From contig OZ260667.1 in assembly GCA_965285935.1 (NCBI GenBank), forward strand, positions 24,986,001 through 25,050,000: DNA of 64,000 nt. Reading direction: 5' to 3'. The notes beneath the pieces are model-generated. The model made no database searches, had not been told where the DNA came from, and saw only the letters and a list, made by a program, of their open reading frames with translations. Made by a program: the position numbers and the translations under genes. The DNA is from Ophelia neglecta. Lineage: Eukaryota. This document shows, piece by piece, positions 39,351 through 51,395 of this stretch (its first letter is position 1; every line of letters starts with the position of its first letter).

Positions 39351-41486
39351 CAGCTTCCTACGCGTGACACAGTTACAACCTCTGCCAAGAGTAATATAGC
39401 AAAACGATAATAATAAAGTGGCTGGACTTATAAAAACCAGTTGATCAACGCAGACTTTTGGATGAATTTTCTCCGCTGTTGGAACTAACTTTTGCATGGC
39501 GGCATTCTGATATGCTCGATATTTATTATGGTTAGTTGAATGAGACGGCTTCCTGGTTTGTAGTGACCTTTCACGACTATTTACTCAGCTCAGTACTGAG
39601 CTATCACCCGAGGATGCTAAGCTGGCTTTGTCATCGGCGTATTTACATAGCTCATGATTTATCTCTTTTTTTTGGACACTGATAGGAGCTTAAGACCAAA
39701 AGAGGATTGGCTGGCCGCTTATTCCAGATAGAATGGTACCGACATCTCTAGATAGAGGCCGAACGAAGAGGAGGAGGGGGGGGGGGGGGTATATAGCTCT
39801 TCAGGTCACAGCCGTGGTTGGTGAAAGCCACTAGTGTTGTAAGACCTAATTGATGAATTTGTGAAATATGCAAGTCATGAAACATGACATTTCCGGTACT
39901 ATTGATAAAGCTATAATTATGATTTTTGTTTAAAGAAAAACATACCACAATGTTGCAAGACTTTGTTCTTTGTGTAATACGAATCGATGTATACTCATGA
40001 CATCGATTGAAAGCCCTTATATATGTGTTAATCGTGTTCTTGGAAATTTGCGATTGGGTGTGTTAAAGGATATTTCTTTACGTTTTATAATGTCCGCATG
40101 ACTACCGCGTGTCAATTAAAGCTAGTCCAGGTATGTTTATGTAAAGTGATAGGTCTTATTGCCGGTGAAAATTAACTTATTCCAGCGATGAGTAAGTGGA
40201 CTTTCATGATTTGGGTCAAACTATCTTTATCTTTACATTCTTCTTTTTATTTTCTGGAAAAGGCTCTTTCCCATTTGAATCCTTCAATGCCAGCGTATTG
40301 TCTAATTGAAGATCACATTTGAAAAAGAAAAAAGGCAAAACCTAATATGAAATTAAGTTATTGCTTTCTGTTCATATCTACATAGATCACTGGGTTGTAT
40401 TAGGTTACTTTTTAAAGTCCACTTTCTCTGTCAAGACCTATTTCAATTCTCCTGTATCAGATGAAACAATCCTGGACTGTCAAGATATCAATATTTAGAG
40501 ACTTAGAGATCCTCCAAATGTGGCAGGAAAAAGAGAAATGAAGCAAAGGCCTAACTCAGGCATCGTAAACGATTGTCTAATCAGTTGAATATACTGATCA
40601 GTTCAATAATCGACCACAGTGGCCGAGCATCCAGTTCCCGTTGTTAGTGACTGACAAACCTATCTTTAAGCTCCAGAAACAGTAAAGTAATTGTTCTACC
40701 AAGCGAAAGTGTATTACGATTTCGCCCATTGATGGGTCAACAGAGATTGATCGCATCTGACCCAGTCTGCGACCTTCTGTGAGTGTCTGCCATCTTAAGA
40801 CCGGAATTGAACCGATTTGAACAAAGAAGAGTGGCTAGTGGGGTAATTGTCTGTGATTTGTCGAGAAAGGGTCGGGTACGAAAGCTTGGGAAACTGACGG
40901 TCAATAGTCCAAATCCCTAGAATCGATCTCAGTGTCGTCTGTAGCCTCTTGTTGTGGAAACAAGGCACACTGCACTACTCTGGCCAGAGTTGAACTGTCA
41001 TATAGAGTGTTAATTGGATTTGGTATACGACCAGAGAGCTGTATAGTCAGAAAATCAATTCAATTCAAGAATGAAGATATCAAATTCGTGACAGAGTGTA
41101 ATAACCAATCAACTGTGCACGCCCACACACGTGATCTCTTTAGTTTTATATCGTTATAAAAATTGGGCTTGATGGCTTATTGTTCTATTGACGAAGAGGA
41201 ATGCGAGAATAATAGAAAAAGTAAACAAAAAAGAATCCAACTTGTGGGTAACCATTTCTTGAAGACAATAGATTATGTGCAAATATTGGAACAGGTCTTG
41301 TTTCTGCTTAGATCATCTGTGTACGAGATACAGCATCCGTTGTGCGTGATCGAAATAGCCTAGCAGACGACACTTGACTCGACTCCCACCATGTTTGATG
41401 GATCGCGCCCGCAGAAACGTTTATCATCACCTGGCAGACAACTAAGTCAGACATCCAATTAAAACCGCGCGGACTACAGCTTGCTA

Positions 41487-41544
41487 ATCTCGTGACAAAC
41501 GAGATTTAGGTTGACATCTCATGACAGACGAGATTTAGGTTGAC
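41487..41544. repeat. Two tandem 29-bp units, the first forming a hairpin
   Basis: atctcgtgacaaacgagatttaggttgac / atctcatgacagacgagatttaggttgac. Confidence 0.9.
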
Positions 41545-43150
41545 TTAGCATGTTTCAGAGAAGAGTAACTGTATTTTGTCGTTTGTGCAGCAAAAAAAAA
41601 AAAATAATAATAACAATGGTGCCAAAATGCCTAAACATAAGCAAGCAAAATACAATAGCTGCACTTTTGAATATATAATTTTATTACTTTGCATGGAAAT
41701 TATGAGATTAACTCATGCATGGGCTAGGAAGAATACTGCACTAGCTGTTACTCTTATGCTACAGCAGATAGAACAGTATTGCGCGCAACCCTCGAACTGT
41801 CCTTTAGGCAGTAAGCTAGTTTTCCGTGGCAAGGTTAAAGGGTTAAATGGATCTCGATTGGTGTCATCTAATATATGACAACAGTTCAAGCGAGTTGTTA
41901 ATTTAGCGTGTCTGAAGTATCCTCAAGTGTTTTGAAGTACACCTGTATCGAAGATTAAAGAGCATTGCTGGAGGAAATAAAAACCATCAAACATCATGAT
42001 ATTAGGGTTTATTAAGTCCCATCACACGGTAAACAAATAAAGTTAACAGTGAGTCTTTTAAAAAGGGTCGTCTTTTCACATTAAATTCATGTGTTAGAAA
42101 TCAGTCTGTTTCGGTCTCCATTAGACTGGCTAGTTTGAGTTGATACATGACGTCTGTACAGAACATCAAGGCACTGTGGAATCCTCTGTTATGTATAAAT
42201 GCTTAAGCTTTAGTAAAAACTGTTTTTGTGATTAGTTTCTTGCAACAATCAGCGTACATGTACATCCGTGGGAAATCCCTGTCTATATTCGATACCCCCG
42301 AGCAGAAAATTTGGGCCGAAGGACAGTCCCAATCATTATTGGAAAGCCTAGTATCCGCAATGCTTCGACTCGACTTCACTTTCTGGCGGAAGATTAAAAC
42401 TGGAAGCCGGAAGTAATAAAGAAAGGAAGATTGAAATATTGCTAGTAGATAGAACACTCCGTCCTAGTTGTCTTCATAAAGCCTATAGAGGTCGAAACCA
42501 AAAGTCAAGAAAAGGGAAAATTTAACTTGAGCTAGAACTACTGCAAAACTCATATCTTTCCATAAAATAGTAAAAAAATATTCTTAATTTGAAATTCCAG
42601 ACGACATACTAACCTGCGGCTGAATGTGGCGCGGTCTCATCACAAACGCCAAGAGAATTTAACTAAAATTCTTAAAGGGCCTTCCAATATTTAGAATACA
42701 GGTACTAGATTATTGACTCAAATATATGCCTTCATTATCATCTTTCTGGCAATATATTTCATTGTGCAATATATTTGCACTGAGGCAATGCTGCTTGAAA
42801 GGCAACACCACCCGCCACCTAGGCCTATACTTATTGCTAATTGAGACTAATCGCCGGAGTATTTGTTTCAACAAAACAAGGAAAGAGAGTCAGTAGATTA
42901 GGAGAAATGTCAGTGTTTGATGATGTGTAAACAAGTTGAGCCCACCAAATTACTTTGCCCATCGGGCAGTGTCAGGAGTCACTGGAAACTGGCGACGTCT
43001 AGGACAAATGATGAGTTTTGTTGATGGACCTTGGAACAACAGATGTGAACCCCTATTTCTGACCCATTTGTTTAAGGTCAAAAGGCCAAGGTCAAAGGTG
43101 CCCCAGCATGCAATGCAATCCATCACAGTTGACGTCAGACGCTTGCGGTA

Positions 43151-43180
43151 GGGGGGTGGTGGTGGTGGTGGGGGGGGGGG
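43151..43180. repeat. (GGT)n/poly-G tract
   Basis: Directly visible. Confidence 0.85.
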
Positions 43181-45221
43181 AGCTTGTCAGGGTAATGGAT
43201 TGACCCCATAACAGTTCAGATCTGCGAATCTCACCCTAACCGATCCTAACATCTCCATTACTCGTCGAGTCTTTATTCTCTACCATGGACTGAGCATCAA
43301 AGAACATATGACCTAGTTCTTGTTTAATCAGAAAACCCAAGATGACCAAACAGACTCTCAAGCAGACAACCACCCAGTCTTTGTCTTTGATCAGAGATAA
43401 TCAGACGAAGGATAGTAAAAGAAAGGAAGATATTGGAGAAAGAATATCTTATAAAAGGTCGAAGTTGATATTCTGCCAGCAAAAGTCTTTGTTCGTCTTT
43501 CAATGTTGGCTGTAGTCTTTCTTCTCTAGGTTTTATTTGCTCATCTATCTTTCAGATCAGCAGTTCCGCCTTTGGTAAATATCAAACTGAGAGCTATATT
43601 GACTCACACATTTGAGATAAACCCTGTTATTATCATACAGGTGGCGTAGACACCTGTAGAATCAAATCTAATTTTCTCCACTGCAGGCTGTTGGATACTG
43701 ACCAGAAAGCAACACTTTCTTAATAATATGACATGTGTAGGAAAAGAAACAGTTTTTTTCTTATTATATTATACGTCTACATGGAAGGCACAGATGGTCG
43801 AAGCCACAAATTGTTGATCACGAGAGAGCCGCATCTTATACCAGACTTCCACTCATTTTTGCCAATAACAGTAGAAAAGGACTGGGAATCTGTTTATCTA
43901 GCAGCCTGGTAAACATGGTTTACACGTGTAGGCGATGAAACTAACGTCTCTTGATAAATGAAATAGGTCCAAACCACAGTTAACTTAGTACATAGGGATG
44001 TTAGTGGCAGGGGTTCGAACTACCTGGCAGTAATGGCTCTTATTATCGGTTATTATCAGGGTCAATGATTATTGAATAGACGAAGCTGTTTGTCCGGTGT
44101 TGGTCTCCCTCATGGTCTGTGAGAACTGCTGAGAGGATTTTAACTTAACGCTCACTGGGGGAGCTCGAAGACTCCAGCTATAAAGGGTTTCTTATTGGGC
44201 TGTTCTGATTCTTGATTTAACAAGCAAAAAGAACCATACCCTGTAAATCCTCTTACCAGTATCTCGTCAGAGATGGCAATCCAACATGAAGCATTTGTAA
44301 AAAAAAAAGAGGTATTAAATACAGTAAATGAAACCGCATCTTATATTATAAGCCTCGTAGAAATCTTGCACCAGAATATAACATTTGTTTCCTTTATAAT
44401 TTTTGTTAAGAATGTTTCTCTTCTGGGATTTGGCATATCAAACCCATGGAGCCGACCCAGGTGCAGACGACAGAATAACAACGATCTCATTGGCTGGCAG
44501 TTTATCATAGGGAGGTTAGCGCCAGTATCTTTACCTGTCTTCGCCTTATCTTGTCTGCGGGGTGTATCTCTGCAATGCTTGATTATACATTGCTCACATC
44601 GATACACTAGTAACAGTCATTTATTCCGTGAACATGGCTTAGAAAAAAAGCGTTTAAGAATGTCGATCTTTCTAGTTATCATCAACATCGCTACGATTGT
44701 ATCAAAAAAAGCACTCTTTACATGACACTGATGTGCGTCTTCTTAGTATTCTGCCAGGGGCAGGGTAAAAAAAGGGTACGGGATGTCTTTTGAGAGTAGA
44801 ATGTCATGTAGTACCGAAATATTGATTACGTCACATTATTTCCCTGTAGGTTAGCAGTACCATGCACGTCATCATTCACAAATTTAGCTGAGCGATAATA
44901 CATCTTTTGTGACATAATTTTATGTCGTGTAAAAAGAAACAGTTACCTCTTCTACTTAGCTTTGCCCCTTTGAGAATAAACAATTAATTTACGGTTTATT
45001 TGTAGTGGGCATAATAAATACGATCCCTATAACACTGTCCATATCGTTAGGACATATAAGATTATTTTAAGCTATGCCTAGGATATATTTGCCGAACAAA
45101 ACATCTCGTTGACAATCAGTTTTTCACGTTCCTTTGGCTAAGGCAACGATCCAGTCAGAGGTTGCTATGGTGACCATACCACATCTAAGATGTTTGAAAA
45201 AAAAGAGCGGGTCTCCTATCC

Positions 45222-45376
45222 TGGCGGGGCGTGGTTGGGTGCCCAGAAGGAGGCTAGGAGTTACTGCCCCTGTGGGAGTCGGCACCCATAGCACAACTGC
45301 TACAGGCTGCCTTGCATGGGCAGCTTGTGAGAAGGCAGTTGGGCCCTGCCCTCGTGCTCCCTTCTAGATCCCCCCT
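45222..45376. mobile_element. Probable remnant of a GC-rich MITE
   Basis: GC-rich block ending CTAGATCCCCCCTA, similar to the right TIR of the 31402 and 51041 elements. No clear left TIR. Confidence 0.3.
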
Positions 45377-46035
45377 ACCTTTACTTATACCAAACAAGAC
45401 ACATTCATAGTCAGGACAATCACCTATTTGCAGACAACAACCTTTGCGGGCTGCAGCAGGAGAATTCTTGATGAGTTATCCCGATTTTCAATTATCGAGA
45501 AAGCGTGGGCAAATTCACCGAGGTTCGTACAAATAAAGTCGGTGAAAACTGATGGGACTGTATAAGACAGTGACTGGATGGAATCAAAGCACTTTGGAAA
45601 ATTACGGCACACTAACCTGGGTGAATTGGTTCTCAATGCAATCGGGAAAGTGGGATAGAGCGAGCATTAGGAACTGTCCTGAAAGGACTATATAATCTGA
45701 TACCGTTTGAATAAAACTTGATAGGAGAGGCGGTTACAGCCAACGGACCGCCGGTCAATGTCTACCAAGGATAAGTACGGACATTTCATTTACAGAAAAC
45801 ACAAAAGACCGGCTGGGAGTATTATTTGTCACTATTTAAAACAAAACAGACATGGGAACAAGATGTCAAATGTATGACACAACGTTGCGTGCTCAAGGGC
45901 GTCCATGCTTGCTTAATTGCGGTATAGTATTGTAACAATTGCAATCGATTTCACTTTAAATATTTACTTGTGTTCAAGCCGGTTAACGGTTTGGTGCCGC
46001 TTTGGTTCAATATATCTATGAACTGCACCAGGGGG

Positions 46036-46302
46036 CTAAGATAAAACGCCGAGTATCTGAGGCTGGTGTGTGGGCCAGGTAGCTAGAGACGGTCTGAGGT
46101 GCTGCTCTTCACGTGGGGGTACGTCTCGTCGCCGGGCCAGCCATGCTCTCCGCCTGTTTTCGCGTGTTACCTGCCTCCAGCTTGTCAGAGGTTCTTTCAA
46201 CACCGTCGAGATAACAAGGACCATCACGGGCTGTGAAACTAAACTGACAACCAGGTCTAAAGCCAAGCCCAGAGATTCCTCCTCCTCGACCAAACACTCC
46301 AT
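46036..46302 (-). CDS. Candidate small ORF/uORF exon (88 aa unspliced, or 44 codons up to a donor at 46170): acidic N-terminus, hydrophobic segment, Arg-rich tail
   Basis: GCC-ATG-G context, locally raised GC, upstream acceptor tttgtttttattcattAG (46355-46354) and in-frame phase-0 donor CAG|GTAACA. No homology recognised. Confidence 0.35.
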   Translation of the reverse strand: MECLVEEEESLGLALDLVVSLVSQPVMVLVISTVLKEPLTSWRQVTRENRRRAWLARRRDVPPREEQHLRPSLATWPTHQPQILGVLS

Positions 46303-46514
46303 GGCATCTGGATAACTAGGCTCGCTCAGAGAGCCAGCGCACTTAGCTGAATTCTAATGAATAAAAACAAACTTTAAAGTTGCTATCCTGACGAGAGGAA
46401 AAATAGGATCTCCGATAGAAGTTATAATCTAGAGCATCCCTCGACACTTGGGTTTTCAGACACTAACACTTTCTCAGTAGCTCAAAGTAGAGTTCTAAAC
46501 AAACAAAACCTTAC

Positions 46515-46590
46515 CAAGCACTTCCGGTTCGTCGAGTTCTAATCTTATTCACCGTTTATTACATTCTTATGGGGGCAGTATATACGTGTG
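46515..46590 (-). promoter_or_regulatory. Candidate promoter and short non-coding first exon
   Basis: On the minus strand: TATATA (~46584-46579), ETS-type CCGGAAGTG, then donor TTG|GTAAGG at 46514. This pairs with the 46355 acceptor to give a ~160-nt intron. Confidence 0.3.
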
Positions 46591-49500
46591 AGAATTACTC
46601 AAATTCTGACGGAATGAATCGATAGCTGAGCGAGTAGGCGTAATGGTAGGAAGTTGTCAGACGACAGACTCGGGGTCTGACACTTTCAGTTACTACAGGG
46701 ACGGTCAGAGCGGTGACAAACATCATTTAATCATGTTGAGTAAATGCTATTCTGGTCACGTGACCCCAACAGTCATCTACCACAATGCTTCAGGCTACAG
46801 CAGAGGTTTGTGTCCGATATTGATTATCTTCTTCATAATTGTAAACAAGGGTTGTCAATATATCGACCCCGTCTCATGTCAAAGCTCAGGATTGGTTTCC
46901 CAGGGGACAGCGCCTCAGGCAGAAAATTACTTGTGAGGGCAGCATTGTTTCTGGGTGAACAGTATGTTTGGGCCTGATTCAGATCGAACTACTTCGTCTG
47001 CTTTGAAAACAACTAAGTGGTCTTTACAGAAATAATGGCTGCGATCAATTTTTTAAACATATGCAGGGGATACTATGCATGATCTTTCTCAAGCAGCCCT
47101 CCAGTGTCTAACTTGTTCCCAACGTAAAGTTATAAATGCAAAACCGTATGAAATCGGTTTCCACGTTGCAATGCTTATCGCCAGAGATCTTTGTAAATAA
47201 TGTGTTGTCCGGCTTGGAACAACATACAATAGGCATCAAGCAAAATAAATAACAGCTTCGGTGAGCAAGCATTGGTATCTAGTCATTCTTGGATAACCGA
47301 TGCCATTCTCCAGCTATTTGCCCCCTGAGATGGCACTCAGCTGCCTGGGGAGGGTATCTAAAACACGTCTGTTAACGCTCGGGCAAGTGATCCAAGCCTT
47401 CCAAACCCTTCTCGGCTCGCAGATATCAGTACAACAACATGTATCGGGCAGGGCGTTTGATAACACCACCGCCTCCAAGAATCTAAGATATGGGTTACAA
47501 CGGTAGACACAAGATTGCGACCGAACCCAACCTGTCTAAACAGAATACCACAGCCACCTGGCAGTTATTATACCCCCACGTTACTGAATTCGAATCACAA
47601 TTTTGAGTTATACATACCTGAATTAAACGAAATGTTTAAGATCTCCCCTGCGCCCAATTCATCCAGAATCCTGCGGCCATCTGGTTAAAAGTCCCTCGCG
47701 TCATATTTTTTTCGAAAGCTCTATAGCATAGAGCTGCGTACAGCAGGATCGTATTGAGATAAATGTAGGAAATTGTCTGTCGAAGAAGCTGCCTTCTCAC
47801 AATGTGGCGCCAAACGTATCCAAAAGAGGCTTAACTGGCCTTCGTGTTCTGCCGTTCAGGCCACATCAGTCTACATGAGTTTTTTTCCTCGCGAGTTGAA
47901 TTATATCCCAAATGTAAGGAACCAGCCACGCCAAAAAACTTGCGGTTAGCTTTGCCTTTAAATAACGGTATACCGTTTTTGATATTGATTTGTTTGTCTT
48001 CTACACATCTTCTGTGGATCGCCTTGCTTGGTCTTGTGTTTTCAGCATTGGCGCCACAAGGAATGACTTAGTATGGAGGTGAATTCCCCAGCTACTGACA
48101 CATACCCAAGCTGACTCGACTCTAACTCGACGCTCACTGCCGCCCACCGCAACCTGAATTGACTGAGCCAGCAGAGGGAAGCGAAAACAGCGGCAGAAAA
48201 CTCAGGCAAATGGCTAGAGAACCGCTGGGCCCGCTAAGCCTGCAAGTATTGATTGCTCTGGGACGCCAGGCGAAAAACGGCTAGGTAAACACAACCAGGT
48301 TTAAAGGCACCAGGGCAAGAAAATATTACCAGGGGAGAGGAAATGATTATAAAGACGATACTCCTATGATAACCCAGCCGATGGGAATTGCATGCCTGAC
48401 CACATGGATTACAAATGAGTTCCTTTTAATTCAATTCCGCTGAACTAGAGATCTATACAGAGCCTTATACAACAGCTCTAATAGGGTTTAGACGACTCAT
48501 TGTATGAGCCATCGGTTGAGCAGGTGAGCTGTACGATTTGAGTCATGCCGACTCAAGGTAATTACCGCAGCAAAAGAAAGCCTCGTGGGCAATGATATCA
48601 TATCACTCCCATAAAAATGTACAAACTTACAAATGGAATGATCCCATTCCTCGGACGAACAGGATACAACGCGGCTCGGCGAGCAAGGCTACAAGTGGAA
48701 TCACATATTGAAGTTTAACTTGTCTAATATGGAATCGCAATCTCTTAATTTAGATCGATTTATGATAATATAATTGTCATCGATATGATTTCTGTTCGCG
48801 TTAAGCTCCCATACCTGTGGCACAGTTCTCGCGCTGTTACAAATAAAGTTCTTGTGGTAGTTACATCTTTATTCAGTAATTGTGCGGTTATAAGAGTGTG
48901 TGAGTAATTATGTGAGTATTTGGAAAAATGGAACTGAGGTGGGATTAGAACATCGCCACAATGCATTCTCACAGGATCAAGTTGAAATACTTACTTGGCA
49001 ATTTGGCTCATTAAAAGAAAACCTACATTTTGTTGTTTTAAAACAACCAGTTTAATAATTTACATGCGAAAACAAAAACAGCTGAATAGTTGTTAATCAG
49101 CAGATAAAGCACCCCCGTGTACGTCATACATACGGCGAGAAATATGCCCCTTGCCGCCGAGTAATGGTGGGCAGGTGTGTGGCGTCTTCTAATGGACTTA
49201 CAACACTTATAATACGGCCTTGAATCGCCACCGAAATAATTGTACTAAGGAGCTCCAACATCGACACTAACAATTACCATGTCTTACAAAAATTTGTGTA
49301 ACTCAACAGGGGTTATAACCGGAAGTGAGCTGCGAACCTAATGTATAGGGCCAGTATAGAAAGCTGTCTGTCTAGAGCCAACTTCAAACACTTTGTTGTC
49401 ATGACATCGATGGAGAGAAGCAGACGATAGAGACTTAGGTTGATAAACTAAGTAGTTGTCAGGGGGTAATTGCATGCAGGTGGGAATATATGAGGAGAGG

Positions 49501-51040
49501 TGCGCTCACGGGAAGCTCCCCCGTGGCGTTCCGGGGGTCGGCCATATCCAGAACCACTTGTCAGAGGGGAAAACCAAAGCCACAAATAAAAACCATTGAG
49601 AGGAAAGACAAGTTGAGTGGCTGTCCCTCGCTCACTTTTGTTCTAAGCTAGGGGTGTTAAAACGTGATTAGAAATATTTTGAAAATGTCCAGATGCTAAA
49701 AGTCGTACTCTATTCACATTTCACGTTTACTCCCTTGTAACATTCCGTTGAAGGGGCGCACACTTTGCTTCACTTAGTCAAAATAGCGAAAAAAATGTCC
49801 TAGAAAGCCCAGCCAAAACGACTTCAAAATTTCCTATAGTTAGACTGTATTAAATATCAACATATAATTCCATACCTTACGTATGGAAATATGATTGCAT
49901 ATAGATAGAATAGTTGCGTGACATAATGTTATTGCTTGTCTTTGTATTATCAGCTAGCAGTTGGTCTAGTACATCCAGCTGTAAGTTAGAATTTTAACAG
50001 GCAATTGTTATAGAAACTTGCTAAAAGTCAGACACGTCTATTGATCTGTTTAATATAACAACATGGATCGACCCAATGATAAATTCTTCACCTGCATTAT
50101 TATTAATAATCGATACCTTGAATGCATTTGATTTCACTTCCTATTATAGTGAATTGTTTATTTCTACCAACCTTTTCTATCAATATCTGGGCATATAAAT
50201 TCTTGCATAGCCTCGGGTCAAAACCTCCTATATTTGCATTCTGTTTCCGATTGTGAATTTGTGATATATAACGATGATACTTTATTCAAATGTGCATCCT
50301 CTCAGTCAATCAGTTAAGCGCTGAAGGAATCCGGAGTATTCAACCGACACTATAGTTCCAAAAGGTGATATACGCATGGCATATTACCTCCCACGTGAAC
50401 CATTTGCATATGCACATGGGGGGTTTTACAAGACGACTTTTATTTATATTGTTCACATTCTCTTGAGATAACAACATAGATGTTCCCGAAACGGAAAATA
50501 CTGTATGATAAGGAAATAGACATCCCCAGGGAACTACGAATCCTCCTTTATATATGAACCATTCGGCAGACCAAAGTAATTTTCGACATTAATTGTTGGT
50601 CGTCTTAAAATATCAATAATGCACATGGTTTAATAACACGACATCGTTTTCATCAAATTTTCATCATCATTTTCAAGTTTGTCCATAATTTGGTCGCTTT
50701 TAAATTATTACACGGTTCTTCGCTTTTGGTCTGAAACTATGTTATAACGTAACCACACCATTTTCGGGGTTTCCTTACGAAGTCAGTTAAAACGATAATA
50801 TAAACATTTTTAACTGTTTATGACTAAGAACTGACCACATACCATTATCCTAGCAACCGCCATGTCCTCCATATCGCAAAAAGAGAATTTGTACCAAAAC
50901 AAAATGTTAGATAAATAATAACCAAAATGTTTCTGTCAATGATGTGGCTATTGTCTGTTGAGTGATGGTTTGCAAATGGCTAACCGGAACAATTTAGGTA
51001 TAGAACTATATGTACGGCACAGTATGTCTATCAGGATGTG

Positions 51041-51395
51041 TAATGTCGGATCCAAATATTCCGATAAATGGTGGCCCCCTAAAATTATGTGTAGGTAAGG
51101 CTTAGAGTTCAGAAGGTCAGTCACATCCCATACCCTCTAAAGGCTGCCAAAAGCAAACTGTTACATTAAATGTGATAAAGACCCCCGTGTACCCCCTCTA
51201 AATCAGCAGTAAATGTGGTCTTGATCCCCCCCCCCTCCCCCGTGTACCCCTCTAGATCAGCAATAACTTTGACCTTGACACATGCGTATCCCCTCTAGAT
51301 CAGCAGCAAAGGTGACCTTGACACCCCTGTACCCCCTCTTAATCAGCAGTAACTGTGATATTGACCCCCGTGTGCACCCTCTAGATCGGCCAGTG
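51041..51395. mobile_element. Degenerate MITE of the CAGTGGCGGATC type with an internal ~43-bp tandem array
   Basis: Left end TAATGTCGGATCCA, right end CTAGATCGGCCAGTG. Five copies of gacccccgtgtaccccctctagatcagcagtaa... lie at 51180-51395. Confidence 0.6.

Noticed and set aside
44273-44725. 150-aa ORF
   Set aside because: AT-rich, no recognisable motif or splice support, and antisense within a probable intron.
46388-46420. Hammerhead-like CTGACGA...GAAA
   Set aside because: No stem II or flanking helices; other CTGANGA hits inspected also lacked the fold.
48987-49002. U1 snRNA-like ATACTTACTTGGC
   Set aside because: Similarity stops after ~13 nt; it is simply a reverse-complement donor-like sequence.
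51180-51395. CRISPR-like repeat array
   Set aside because: Eukaryotic context, degenerate head-to-tail units without unique spacers, and no cas genes.
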